Assembly (NCBI GenBank): GCA_965363765.1
Contig: CBDTUI010000003.1
Span: forward strand, 1,103-65,102
Length of the DNA: 64,000 bases
DNA from: an uncultured Acidimicrobiia bacterium
GTDB lineage: Bacteria > Actinomycetota > Acidimicrobiia > Spongiisociales > JAENVV01
Direction: 5' to 3'
The first letter of the stretch is position 1. Each line of letters starts with the position of its first letter. This document shows positions 49,448 through 59,049 of the stretch, one piece after another. Made by a program: the position numbers and the translations under genes. The notes under the pieces are model-generated. The model did not search any database. It saw only the letters and a list, made by a program, of their open reading frames with translations, and had not been told where the DNA came from.

Positions 49448-50079
49448 TGCATGTCCAGGATGTAATGACTATCGACGTTATTACCGTCACGCCGGAGCAT
49501 TCGTTGAAAGAAGCTGCCCGGCTGATGGTAGATAACCGGATATCAGGTCTGCCGGTTGTTGAGGATGGCCAGGTGGTGGTGGGGATCATCACCGAGGCAG
49601 ATTTTTTGATCCGCGATCCCGGGCCCCGTCCTCGACTGTTGCGAATGTTCATCGACGAGACTCTTCCGACTCCCAATGAGTCGGTCGGTGACGTTATGAC
49701 CCCACACCCCAAGGTGGTTATGGCTGAGATGACGGTCGCCGAAGCCGGCCGCACGATGGCCAACAAGAACGTGAAGCGCCTTCCGGTCGTCGACGCCGAC
49801 GGGCATCTGGTAGGGATAATCTCCCGGTCCGACATCGTGAAGGCGTTCGCCCGTCCGGACGATGTCATTGAAGACGAGGTTCGACAAGACGTGCTCGATC
49901 GGATCCTCATGTTTGCTCCGGATCTCATTGAGGTAACGGTTGATGAAGGGGTGGTGACTCTCGAGGGACGGTTGCCCGAGGAAGCGGATGCACGCCTGCT
50001 CGGGGAGCTGACAAGGCGCCTCGACGGCGTCGTGCGGGTGGTGTCGAAGCTTGCTTGGGATGTCGACGCAACTGCGTAG
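49444..50079 (+). CDS. CBS-pair plus BON domain protein
   Basis: Two CBS motifs (VQDVMTIDVITVTPEHSLKEAARLMVDNRISGLPVV; VGDVMTPHPKVVMAEMTVAEAGRTMANKNVKRLPVV) are followed by a C-terminal BON-like segment. The start overlaps the USP stop. Confidence 0.78.
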   Translation: MMHVQDVMTIDVITVTPEHSLKEAARLMVDNRISGLPVVEDGQVVVGIITEADFLIRDPGPRPRLLRMFIDETLPTPNESVGDVMTPHPKVVMAEMTVAEAGRTMANKNVKRLPVVDADGHLVGIISRSDIVKAFARPDDVIEDEVRQDVLDRILMFAPDLIEVTVDEGVVTLEGRLPEEADARLLGELTRRLDGVVRVVSKLAWDVDATA

Positions 50080-50167
50080 CTGAAGTTTCGGTCGGGGTGG
50101 CGCCTGTCTGTGACTTACGGCACAGCGTCCGGTAACCTGTCGGGCAAACCACAGGAGTCACTCGTAT

Positions 50168-50779
50168 ATGTCGTCAAAGGGAAAAGGGCGGACGCTCGAA
50201 CTTGAGCAGATCCGCAAGGCCGAAGAAAAGGCTGCCAATCAGAGCGCCGACGTCCGCAAAAAGAGCTTCGTGACGGTGGCGGTAATTCTCGCAGTTGTTG
50301 CGGGCCTGGGCGCGTGGATCATGCTGGCGCCGGCTCCTCCCGGGATTCCGTTTGCTAATCAGGGCAACTTCCATCTGTCCGATCTTGCCGAACCCCACGC
50401 ACCGTATAACTCTGCCCCGCCATCGTCGGGCCCGCATTTCGGCGGTCTCGGTCCATGGGGTATCAGCGAGGAAGCGGTTCCGCCCGAGCTTTACATCCAC
50501 AACCTTGAGGACGCGGGCGTCGTGTTTGTGTATAACTGCGCTTCCGGGTGCGATGACTTCTCGGGAAGTCTGGCAACTTTGGTTGAAGACCGCCCCGAGC
50601 CCACACTGGTGATGACCCCGTACGACGGTGCTATTCAGGACCCGGACGGGACCAGCTATCGGGCAGCGGCAATCGCCTGGTCACGGGTGTTGTACTTTGA
50701 TGAACTGACTGACGATGTCCGCTCCGAGATCGATGATTTCGTGAACATCTATCACGGAATTGACCATCACGCCCGGTAG
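50168..50779 (+). CDS. DUF3105 domain membrane protein
   Basis: An N-terminal TM is followed by the conserved region …PPSSGPHFG…YIHNLEDAGVVFVYNC…. Confidence 0.6.
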   Translation: MSSKGKGRTLELEQIRKAEEKAANQSADVRKKSFVTVAVILAVVAGLGAWIMLAPAPPGIPFANQGNFHLSDLAEPHAPYNSAPPSSGPHFGGLGPWGISEEAVPPELYIHNLEDAGVVFVYNCASGCDDFSGSLATLVEDRPEPTLVMTPYDGAIQDPDGTSYRAAAIAWSRVLYFDELTDDVRSEIDDFVNIYHGIDHHAR

Positions 50780-50856
50780 GGATCAACATCGCGTCTGATG
50801 CCAATCCGAACCTCTCTGTAATTGAGTGGGAGGGTTCCGAGGCTGTCACACTGGTC

Positions 50857-51615
50857 TTGGCCCATGCCACTGGCTTCCACAAGCTCGTCTGGCGCCCGCT
50901 GGTCGATGCCCTGCGGGAGCAGGGATTTGGTGGCCGGATTGTGGCTTCAGACTTCCGGTCGCATGGTCAGGCGCCCAAGCTTGACGAGCACACGTGGACT
51001 CACTTCGGTGACGATGTCTCACGGACTCTTTCCGGCATCACCGGGCCGATCGTCGGGGTTGGACATTCGATGGGGGCAACGGCCCTCCTGCAAAGTGCGC
51101 TGGCGCATCCCGACCGCTACAAGGGCTTGGTGCTGGTCGAGCCAATCATCTTCCCGCCGGTCGCTTTCGAATCGGCCGAGCATCCGCTGGTAGTTGGGGC
51201 AGGCCGTCGGCGCAGAGAATTTGGTTCGCAGCAGGAAGCCATCGACAACTTTGCCGGAAAGTCCGTCTTCGCCAACTGGGTCCCGGATGCTCTCGCTGCC
51301 TATGTCGAGGGGGGATTGGTGAGAGAGGGAGATCGGTGGGCCCTCGCCTGCGAGCCAGCGGATGAGGCCGATATCTTCAGGCGGGCAGGCTCTGACGATG
51401 TGTTTGATCGGTTGGAGCAGCTAACCACTCCGGCTGTGCTGGTCGTCGGTGAAACTACGGACACGTACCCGGCCGGATACGTCGAGATCTTGGGCGATCG
51501 TATGGCTGGCACCGATCTTGTTTACATCCGAAACGCCGGACACTTTGTGCCCATGGAGCAGCCCGCAGCGCTGGCGAGGGTTGTGATTGAGGCAACCGCC
51601 CGCTTCCTCCGTTAA
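50857..51615 (+). CDS. Alpha/beta hydrolase
   Basis: The nucleophile elbow VGVGHSMGA and a C-terminal His motif GHFVPMEQP are present. Confidence 0.75.
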   Translation: MAHATGFHKLVWRPLVDALREQGFGGRIVASDFRSHGQAPKLDEHTWTHFGDDVSRTLSGITGPIVGVGHSMGATALLQSALAHPDRYKGLVLVEPIIFPPVAFESAEHPLVVGAGRRRREFGSQQEAIDNFAGKSVFANWVPDALAAYVEGGLVREGDRWALACEPADEADIFRRAGSDDVFDRLEQLTTPAVLVVGETTDTYPAGYVEILGDRMAGTDLVYIRNAGHFVPMEQPAALARVVIEATARFLR

Positions 51616-51648
51616 CGATGGCCCGGACACGCCCTAGAATCGAGAATA

Positions 51649-52965
51649 ATGTTTCCGCAGTCCCTAATTGATGAGCTCAGGGCGCAGCTCGGCCCCAATG
51701 TCACCGACCGCTATCGGGTGGCGAAGGCGACCGTTCCGGTCGACCCCCTGGCGCTTGTGAGGAGCGGTGCTCATCTCTTTCCTTTCGCCGCCTACTTTGG
51801 GCGGCCAGATCTCGATGAGGCCGGTGGCCTCGGGACGGCCTGGCGATCCGACGCCGTCGACGGGGCGTCTCGATTTGTCGAAGTCAGTGCCCAGCTGGGC
51901 GAGAGTGGGATCGACGAACGGGCGTTTGTTGGATTCTCGTATCGTCCCGAAGGTGGACTTGGAACCGAATGGGATGGCTTTGGTCCGGCCGTGTCGGTGG
52001 TTCCGGTTCTGAGCGTGATCGGTACGAGGGACTCCGCGGAACTGGTTGTGGTGCTTCCTCCGGGGCGGGCGTGGGGTCCGCTAGCCGATGTGCTTGGCCA
52101 GCTCGTTGCCCCGGGCAGCCCGGCTACTGGTCGAACGACGGATCTATCGATTGAGTCGCGACCATCTCCGACCGAATGGGAAGGATCGGTCGCCAATGCG
52201 GTCGATTCGATCAACGCTGGTTCGCTTGAGAAGGTTGTCATGGCGAGGTCGGTGGTTGTGACATCCGACGTCGCGTACCGTCCTTTCGACCTCGTGTCGC
52301 GTCTGCGTCTCGCCTATCCCGAGTGCTACGTGTTTGGGTGGCAAGAGAACGATCGGGTTTTTGTCGGTGCATCACCCGAGCTGCTTGTAGAGCGACGGGC
52401 TGATCAGGTTCGTTCGCATCCGCTGGCCGGCTCTGCGCCGCGCGGAAGCAACGAGGACGAAGACCGCGCTTTTGGCGAGCTGCTCATGGCTTCTGGCAAG
52501 GATCGCCGGGAACATCGCTTTGTAGTTGATGACATCACTGATCGGCTTGGGGCTTTGACCTCGGGGCTGCATGTTGACCACAGTCCGTCGTTACGCAAGA
52601 CAACCCACGTTCAGCATCTGTCGACCGAAGTGAACGGCACCCTGGACGAACCCGTCAACGTGATCGAGCTGGCCGGCCTGCTTCATCCGACCCCGGCAGT
52701 TGGGGGAAGCCCCCGAGAGGAGGCCAACCGGTTCCTCGCCAAAGAGGAGTTCATCGACCGGGGCTGGTACGCCGGGGGAGTGGGCTGGGCGAACCGGGCG
52801 GGTGACGGGGAGATAGCCATCGCTCTGAGATGCGCACTGATTCGAGGCCGGACCGCGCTGTTGTATGCCGGGGCCGGCATCGTCGCCGATTCCAATCCAG
52901 CTGCTGAATTGGAGGAAACTCGCCTCAAGTTCCGAACGATGATGAGTCTCCTCGCTGAGGCTTAG
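51649..52965 (+). CDS. menF: Isochorismate synthase
   Basis: A chorismate-binding domain (…PTPAVGGSPREEA…GWYAGGVGW…) is present. Its location in the men cluster supports MenF rather than EntC. Confidence 0.85.
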   Translation: MFPQSLIDELRAQLGPNVTDRYRVAKATVPVDPLALVRSGAHLFPFAAYFGRPDLDEAGGLGTAWRSDAVDGASRFVEVSAQLGESGIDERAFVGFSYRPEGGLGTEWDGFGPAVSVVPVLSVIGTRDSAELVVVLPPGRAWGPLADVLGQLVAPGSPATGRTTDLSIESRPSPTEWEGSVANAVDSINAGSLEKVVMARSVVVTSDVAYRPFDLVSRLRLAYPECYVFGWQENDRVFVGASPELLVERRADQVRSHPLAGSAPRGSNEDEDRAFGELLMASGKDRREHRFVVDDITDRLGALTSGLHVDHSPSLRKTTHVQHLSTEVNGTLDEPVNVIELAGLLHPTPAVGGSPREEANRFLAKEEFIDRGWYAGGVGWANRAGDGEIAIALRCALIRGRTALLYAGAGIVADSNPAAELEETRLKFRTMMSLLAEA

Positions 52966-52978
52966 AGGCCTCTGCCCG

Positions 52979-54646
52979 TCAGATTCGCCCGAGCAAGTCC
53001 TGGTGAAGTATGAGGTTTTCGGCGCGGTCTGTCCTGATGTATATGACCTTGACTCCGTCAGGGGTGGTGAGATGCTCGACGAACTCCGTGACGGAGTTGG
53101 GTCGGACGACCAGAGCCCCCATCCCCTCGGCCAGTGCCGGCAGGTCGGTCCCATGGGGAGTAGCGAGCAGATCTTCGAAGTGTTCCGGGTAGTCGGCCTG
53201 GGGCAAGAAGTGAAAAATCCCTCCACCATCATTGTCAATCAGAATAATGGTGAGCGATACGCCAAGCCTCCTGGCGCTGGCCAGCGCGGTGGCATCGTGG
53301 AGGAAGGCGATGTCGCCAATGAGGAGATAGGTCGGGCGACCCGTTGCGGCAACGCCCATCGCCGTCGAGATCACCCCGTCGATACCGTTGGCGGCCCGAT
53401 TCGCAAAAACCCGGATCGGGCGATCTTGGACTCCAAAGAACAGATCGACGTCACGGATCGGCATCGACGAAGAGACCACCAGGGCAGACCCATCGGTGAC
53501 ACCGTCGGATAGCGCTGCGGCGATGGCCGGTTCGGACGGCCACGGCAGCACCCCGAAAGCCGAGATGACCTCTCCTTCAGCGACTGCCCACGCCTCCGCC
53601 CATCCAGCGGGGCCGGGCTCGATCAGGTCAGTAAGTCGTCGTGCCGTGTCTGTGGCATCGGCCCGGACGATGACCGACGCGCTCGAAGTTGCTTCCCGCC
53701 ATGTACCGGCATCGACCCAGATTTGGGGAACCTCAGTTGTGGCCAGCCAGGTCCAGAGGGCTTTGGAGGTAGGGATCGGTCCAAAGCGGAGCACAACATC
53801 AGGACGTAAATCAGTGTCGAGTCGACCAGCCTTGGCCAGCGCATCACCCATGCCGACAACGTGATCGACCGGGTGATGGCCCGCCCGTAGGCCGGATATA
53901 GGGTCGGCGAAAATGGGCGCTCCGAGTGCGTGAGCGAGTTCGGCGATCGCCGGTGGCGACTCCGCGTCTGACGATGGACCAGCCACGATCAGGACCCTTT
54001 TCTCGGTCAGTTGGCGGGCGACAGCCAGGAGAGCCCCGTCGGCAGCCAACATGGTCCCGAGATGGACAGTCGGCGTTGGCGGAGCGGGCCGAATGGTTTC
54101 GGCGCGAACTTCGGGAGCGAGGGGATCGCGAAACGCCAGGTTGAGGTGGACCGGCCCCGGAGGCGTCTCCTGAGAAATCGTCCAGGCTTGCGTGGCCAAC
54201 CGCACCGCATACCGGCCGGGGTCTGAATCCGGGTCGGGCGGGGCGGCGTCGTGTGCCCATTTCGCGGCCGTCCCGTATAGGTCGGCCTGGTGGATCGTTT
54301 GGGGAGCTCCCGTATCGCGCAATTCTTGGGGGCGATCGGCGGTGAGGACAATGAGCGGGATGTGGGAGAGATGCGCCTCGATGACTGCTGGCAAGTATTC
54401 GGCTGCTGCGGTTCCCGAGGTTGAGATGAGCGCTACTGGACGCTGCGTGGCCCTGGCCATGCCGAGGGCGAAAAACGCGGCACTTCGTTCGTCGAGGTGG
54501 ACCGAGACGGACACGTCGGCAGTCTCGGCAGCCGCGATCGCCAGTGGAGTGTTCCTCGATCCCGGGCTGATCGCGACGTGGTCGAGACCGAGGTCTCGCA
54601 GTGCCCCAAGAAGCGGTTTTGTGAATTCGTAGTTGCGGTTCGGCAC
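52979..54646 (-). CDS. menD: 2-succinyl-5-enolpyruvyl-6-hydroxy-3-cyclohexene-1-carboxylate synthase
   Basis: A ThDP-dependent enzyme with three TPP domains (…GDIAFLHD…); the product is 555 aa. It lies between menF and menH. Confidence 0.88.
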   Translation of the reverse strand: MPNRNYEFTKPLLGALRDLGLDHVAISPGSRNTPLAIAAAETADVSVSVHLDERSAAFFALGMARATQRPVALISTSGTAAAEYLPAVIEAHLSHIPLIVLTADRPQELRDTGAPQTIHQADLYGTAAKWAHDAAPPDPDSDPGRYAVRLATQAWTISQETPPGPVHLNLAFRDPLAPEVRAETIRPAPPTPTVHLGTMLAADGALLAVARQLTEKRVLIVAGPSSDAESPPAIAELAHALGAPIFADPISGLRAGHHPVDHVVGMGDALAKAGRLDTDLRPDVVLRFGPIPTSKALWTWLATTEVPQIWVDAGTWREATSSASVIVRADATDTARRLTDLIEPGPAGWAEAWAVAEGEVISAFGVLPWPSEPAIAAALSDGVTDGSALVVSSSMPIRDVDLFFGVQDRPIRVFANRAANGIDGVISTAMGVAATGRPTYLLIGDIAFLHDATALASARRLGVSLTIILIDNDGGGIFHFLPQADYPEHFEDLLATPHGTDLPALAEGMGALVVRPNSVTEFVEHLTTPDGVKVIYIRTDRAENLILHQDLLGRI

Positions 54647-54673
54647 GGCGCCAGGCTAGTGGTGTGTCACTGG

Positions 54674-54693
54674 TGGTGTGAGAAGTCACACCA
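54674..54693. promoter_or_regulatory. Perfect 8-bp inverted repeat TGGTGTGA-gaag-TCACACCA in the divergent menD/menH promoter region
   Basis: The repeat is read directly from the sequence. A related half-site TGGTGTGTCAC lies 12 nt upstream. Confidence 0.5.
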
Positions 54694-54718
54694 GGGCACA
54701 AGGTGGCACAATAGACAC

Positions 54719-55438
54719 GTGAGCGCCCTGATTGGACTGCACGGATTCACCCAGTCGGGTCGGATGTTCGACGAACTGTCGCACTATCTTCCCCGGCACC
54801 TCGAAGCCCCCGACCTTCCCGGTCATGGGGGATCGAGCGATGTGCCGACGACTTTCGACTCGGTGGTCGGCCTGGTTGACTGGCTCGCCGCCGGCGAACC
54901 TCCGATGCTGGTTGGGTACTCGATGGGTGGTCGGCTGGCATTGCGGTATGCGGTGGAGCGTCCCGTTGCAGGTCTGGTCATCATCTCGGCCGGACCAGGC
55001 ATCTCTGATCCGCAAGAGAGGGCTGATCGGCGTTCAGCCGACGGCCGCCTCGCCGAGGCGATCGTCGAAGGAGGAATGGAGCCGTTTGTCGACCAATGGT
55101 TGGCCAATCCGCTGTTCGCTGGGCTTGCCAAACGTCACGAGATCTGGCGGGCGGTCGACCGTGAGTCGCGACTACTCGGTTCGGCAAGCGGGTTGGCTCG
55201 TGCGCTCGTGGACTACGGACCGGGAACGCAGCCGTACCTCGGTGACCGGATGGCAGAAATCGCTGCGCCGACGCTGATAGTTGCCGGAGATGAGGATGCG
55301 AAGTACGTCGAGATTGCCCATGAGATGCATGCCGCTATTGCCGGTTCAGTGTTGGCGATGATTCCCGGTGCTGGCCATGCCCTGGTAGGTGAAAAACCAG
55401 CGGAGCTTGGCGAGACGATCAGCCGCTTTCTCTACTAG
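54719..55438 (+). CDS. menH: 2-succinyl-6-hydroxy-2,4-cyclohexadiene-1-carboxylate synthase (alpha/beta hydrolase)
   Basis: (V)SALIGLHGFTQSGRMF… is followed by …VGYSMGGRLAL…, with a GTG start at 54719. The annotated longer ORF (from 54497) overlaps the menD start and is unlikely to be real. Confidence 0.75.
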   Translation: MSALIGLHGFTQSGRMFDELSHYLPRHLEAPDLPGHGGSSDVPTTFDSVVGLVDWLAAGEPPMLVGYSMGGRLALRYAVERPVAGLVIISAGPGISDPQERADRRSADGRLAEAIVEGGMEPFVDQWLANPLFAGLAKRHEIWRAVDRESRLLGSASGLARALVDYGPGTQPYLGDRMAEIAAPTLIVAGDEDAKYVEIAHEMHAAIAGSVLAMIPGAGHALVGEKPAELGETISRFLY

Positions 55439-55462
55439 GAGCCCGCTCTAGGAACCAGACTC

Positions 55463-56335
55463 CTAGGCGGACGCTCCGAGGGCCAGAGAACATGCAACGA
55501 GGAGTTGCAGTCGGGCAGTGCCCTTGAGGGCTCCGATCAGAGGCGGGCCGCTGGTCTCGGTGTTGATCGTCCGGACTAGCGCTACCCCCCACGGCAACCA
55601 GAAAACGGCAATAAGCGTGGCTAGTGGCGTAAGGCGGATGGTGCCGAACACGGTGATCGCCACGAAGGATCCATAGATTAGTCCTGCGTACAGGCGTTGG
55701 GTCCGCTCGCGACCCAGAATCACCGCCAACGTACGTTTGCCGGTGGTTCGGTCGGTGTCGATGTCACGCACGTTGTTGGCTACGAGGATGGCCGTGACGA
55801 GGAATCCCATCGGAATCGCCAGAAGCCAGGCATCGAGCGGAAACGTCTGATCGTGCGCGTAGCGAGCGACCACCGTCGCCACCAGGCCGAAGAACACGAA
55901 CACAAACACCTCGCCGAATCCCCGATAACCGTAGGGGCGTGGCCCGCCGACGTAGCCGAGCCCTGCCCCGATGGAGGCGACTCCGACGGCGGCAATCAGC
56001 CAGCCGGCGATGGTGATGAGCCAAACACCTGCCAAAGCTGCGACACCGAACGCCAGCCAGGTCCCTACCCACATTTGTCGTTCCGAAATGACCCCGGTCG
56101 CAACCATTCGGGCTGGGCCGACCCGTTCTTCGGTATCGACTCCGCGTTTGGCGTCGGAAGCATCATTGGCGTAGTTGGTGGCGACCTGGATTGCCATGGC
56201 GCCGATGGCGGCCGCAATGAATGCGTCCCATCGGAACACGTCGTCGCCGCTCGCCAGTCCGGCGGCAACGAGAACGGGTGCGAGTGCCGCCCACAGGGTG
56301 GCCGGTCGAGACGCCTGGATCCAGGGCGACGTCAC
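55463..56335 (-). CDS. menA: 1,4-dihydroxy-2-naphthoate polyprenyltransferase
   Basis: A UbiA-family multi-TM protein with [19 protein letters not shown] and N-terminal Asp-rich motifs. Confidence 0.88.
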   Translation of the reverse strand: MTSPWIQASRPATLWAALAPVLVAAGLASGDDVFRWDAFIAAAIGAMAIQVATNYANDASDAKRGVDTEERVGPARMVATGVISERQMWVGTWLAFGVAALAGVWLITIAGWLIAAVGVASIGAGLGYVGGPRPYGYRGFGEVFVFVFFGLVATVVARYAHDQTFPLDAWLLAIPMGFLVTAILVANNVRDIDTDRTTGKRTLAVILGRERTQRLYAGLIYGSFVAITVFGTIRLTPLATLIAVFWLPWGVALVRTINTETSGPPLIGALKGTARLQLLVACSLALGASA

Positions 56336-56336
56336 G

Positions 56337-57242
56337 TCAAAAGTGCCAGGGGAACCGGCTGTAATCCTGGTCCCGTTTTTCGAGGAAAGCGTCGCGTCCC
56401 TCCTCGGCTTCGGCAGTCCCGTAGGCCAATCGGGTCGCTTCGCCAGCGAAGAGCTGTTGCCCGACCAAACCTTCGTCTGGCATGTTGAAAGCGTATTTCA
56501 ACATACGGATGGCAGTGGGGCTCTTGGCGTTGATCGCAGCGGCGTATTCGAGAGCTTTTGCTTCGAGGTCGTCGTGATCCACAACGACGTTGACCATTCC
56601 CATCCGGTAAGACTCCTCGGCATCGTGTTCACGGCCGATAAAGAAGATCTCCCTGGCGAACTTCTGTCCGACCTGGCGGGCCAAAAGGGCCGACCCATAG
56701 CCGCCGTCGAATGACGCCACATCAGCGTCGGTCTGTTTGAAGATGGCGTGCTGACGTGAGGCGATCGTCAGGTCGCAGACCACATGGAGCGAATGTCCGC
56801 CACCTGCCGCCCAACCAGGGACCACAGCGATGACCGGCTTGGGCATGAACCGGATCAGGCGCTGAACTTCAAGGATGTGTAGGCGGCCGAGCCGGGCGCT
56901 GTCTGGATTGTCAGCAACTGGATTGTCGGCACCTTCATACTGGTAACCGTCCTTGCCGCGGATTCGCTGGTCGCCACCTGAACAGAACGCCCAACCTCCG
57001 TCCTTTGGCGAGGGGCCGTTCCCGGTGAGAAGGACACACCCCACATCGCTCGACATGCGGGCATGGTCGAGCGCACGAAACAACTCGTCGACCGTATGAG
57101 GACGGAATGCGTTGCGGACCTCGGGCCGGTCGAAGGCGATACGCACCGTTCCCTGGCCCCTGGCGCGGTGGTAGGTGATGTCGGTGAAGTCGAATCCATC
57201 CACCTCGTCCCATGTGTCGGGGTCGAACAACTCGGAAACCAT
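56337..57242 (-). CDS. menB: 1,4-dihydroxy-2-naphthoyl-CoA synthase
   Basis: It has the crotonase fold with the MenB signature (…VLLTGNGPSPKDGGWAFCSGGDQ…) and a C-terminal …FLEKRDQDYSRFPWHF. Confidence 0.92.
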   Translation of the reverse strand: MVSELFDPDTWDEVDGFDFTDITYHRARGQGTVRIAFDRPEVRNAFRPHTVDELFRALDHARMSSDVGCVLLTGNGPSPKDGGWAFCSGGDQRIRGKDGYQYEGADNPVADNPDSARLGRLHILEVQRLIRFMPKPVIAVVPGWAAGGGHSLHVVCDLTIASRQHAIFKQTDADVASFDGGYGSALLARQVGQKFAREIFFIGREHDAEESYRMGMVNVVVDHDDLEAKALEYAAAINAKSPTAIRMLKYAFNMPDEGLVGQQLFAGEATRLAYGTAEAEEGRDAFLEKRDQDYSRFPWHF

Positions 57243-57280
57243 GATCGTCCTTTGCGCGTCAGGCCGATACTGTAGATGCT

Positions 57281-58633
57281 GTGATACGAGACTGGTTATC
57301 TGCTGCTGCTTCGATGGACCCCGATCGCCCGTTCTTGGCGATCGACGGAACTGAGCATTCCTTTGTGGAAGTGGACGAGATGGCCAGTACCGTCGCCGGG
57401 GGTCTGCTTGCTCACGGGGTCAGCCATGGTGACCGCGTCGCACTGTGGGCGCTGAATGATCTCGACTCCGTTGTTGCCCTTTTCGCGATCTGGCGTGCCG
57501 GAGCAGCTTGTGTGCTCGTGAACACCCGACTCACAGACAGCGAAGTAGAAGACCAACTTGCCGAGGCTGGCGTAACGCTGGTGATGGACCCGCAAACCCG
57601 GCCGTGGACCGTGCAAACCGTCCCGCTTCGGTTGGAGGGACCCGCCCACCGCGGGCACTCGCACGATCCCGATAGCGAATGCTTGATCGTCTTCACGTCT
57701 GGTTCCGCCGGCCGCGGCAGGGGAGTGATACTCACGTGGGGCAACCTCGACGCCGGACAGGCCGCCTCAGCTGAACACCTCGCCCATACCTGCGATGACG
57801 CCTGGCTAGCCGTCCTACCAATATTTCATGTCGGGGGCGCTTCGATTTTGATCAGGAGCGCCGCCCAAAGGTCTCAGGTCATTCTGCATGACCGCTTTGA
57901 ACCGGACGTGGTGGCCGACGCCTTAAGGCACGTTACGGTTGCGTCATTTGTGGCTACCCAAATAGCCGCCATCCTCGATGTGGACGAGCGGACCTACGAC
58001 GTCCGTGCCGTGCTAGTTGGGGGTGGCCCGGCCAAACAGTCACTGTTGGATAGGGCATTTAGCCGAGGCTTGCGGGTACTTTCGACATACGGCATGACGG
58101 AGGCCGGCTCGCAGGTCGCCACGTCAATGGTCGGGCAGCCCCCCCGGCGGGTGGTTGTGCCGCTTCCGCGTGCCGAAATCCGATTGGTGAACGGCTCAGA
58201 GTTAGAAGTCCGGGGTCCCATGGTCACAACTAGTTACCTCGATGCCCCGGCCCGCGACTTGGAGGGCTGGCTACCGACCGGTGATCTGGGGGAGTTCGTT
58301 GACGGCGGATATCGGATAACCGGGCGTAGTTCCGATGTGATCATCAGCGGCGGCGAAAACGTGATGGCTGAAGAAGTTAAGGACGCTCTGGAGTCGATCC
58401 GAACGGTGCGGGCGGCCGCAGTAGTGGGCCTCCGCGACGAAACCTGGGGTGAGATAGTGGCGGCCGCCGTCGAGTTGCACGACGGCCAGGTTTCTTTCGA
58501 TGATTTGGCAGACCAACTTCGCGAGTCGCTGGCCGGTTACAAGATTCCCAAAGAGTGGCGGCTGGTCGAAAATCTTCCTCGCACTTCCCTAGGCAAGATC
58601 CGCCGGCAAGCTGTGCGAAACTTGTTCTCGTGA
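57281..58633 (+). CDS. menE: o-succinylbenzoate--CoA ligase
   Basis: Short AMP-binding enzyme (LIVFTSGSAGRGRGVILTWGNL; TYGMTEAGSQVA) in the men cluster. Confidence 0.82.
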   Translation: MIRDWLSAAASMDPDRPFLAIDGTEHSFVEVDEMASTVAGGLLAHGVSHGDRVALWALNDLDSVVALFAIWRAGAACVLVNTRLTDSEVEDQLAEAGVTLVMDPQTRPWTVQTVPLRLEGPAHRGHSHDPDSECLIVFTSGSAGRGRGVILTWGNLDAGQAASAEHLAHTCDDAWLAVLPIFHVGGASILIRSAAQRSQVILHDRFEPDVVADALRHVTVASFVATQIAAILDVDERTYDVRAVLVGGGPAKQSLLDRAFSRGLRVLSTYGMTEAGSQVATSMVGQPPRRVVVPLPRAEIRLVNGSELEVRGPMVTTSYLDAPARDLEGWLPTGDLGEFVDGGYRITGRSSDVIISGGENVMAEEVKDALESIRTVRAAAVVGLRDETWGEIVAAAVELHDGQVSFDDLADQLRESLAGYKIPKEWRLVENLPRTSLGKIRRQAVRNLFS

Positions 58634-59049
58634 ACGACGATCTACGGGTTGATCCCAAACATCTCATTCCGGAAAGCGAACTCAGCTGGACATTCAGTAC
58701 GTCTGGCGGTCCGGGGGGTCAGCATGCCAACCGTTCGAACACGCGAGCGATTCTGTCGTTCGACGTCTTGGAATCAGGCGCGTTCTCCGATGACGAAAAA
58801 GCTAAACTCGATCTCGAGTTGCCGCATCACGATGGAACGCTGACGATCACCGTCGATGAAAGCCGGTCACAATGGCGAAACCGCCAGATGGCCCGCAAAC
58901 GCCTGGCCGACATCCTCGCCGAAGCCCTGCGACCGCGTCCCAAGCGCAGACCGACTCGGATTCCGAGACGTGCCCACGAACGACGCCTTTCCGACAAGCG
59001 GGCTCGCTCCCAACGAAAGCAGAACCGGCAGAAACCCGAGGTCGAGTAG
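58630..59049 (+). CDS. arfB: Alternative ribosome-rescue factor ArfB (peptidyl-tRNA hydrolase, YaeJ family)
   Basis: The GGQ motif sits in the RF-1 domain (TSGGPGGQHANRSNT) and a Lys/Arg-rich C-terminal tail is present (RRPTRIPRRAHERRLSDKRARSQRKQNRQKPEVE). The GTG start overlaps the menE stop. Confidence 0.8.
   Translation: MNDDLRVDPKHLIPESELSWTFSTSGGPGGQHANRSNTRAILSFDVLESGAFSDDEKAKLDLELPHHDGTLTITVDESRSQWRNRQMARKRLADILAEALRPRPKRRPTRIPRRAHERRLSDKRARSQRKQNRQKPEVE

Noticed and set aside
54497-54718. The long 5' extension of menH overlapping the menD start on the opposite strand
   Set aside because: The extension is Arg/Ser-rich with no alpha/beta-hydrolase features. The GTG at 54719 gives a canonical MenH N-terminus (SALIGLHGFTQSG) and leaves a 70-nt divergent promoter.
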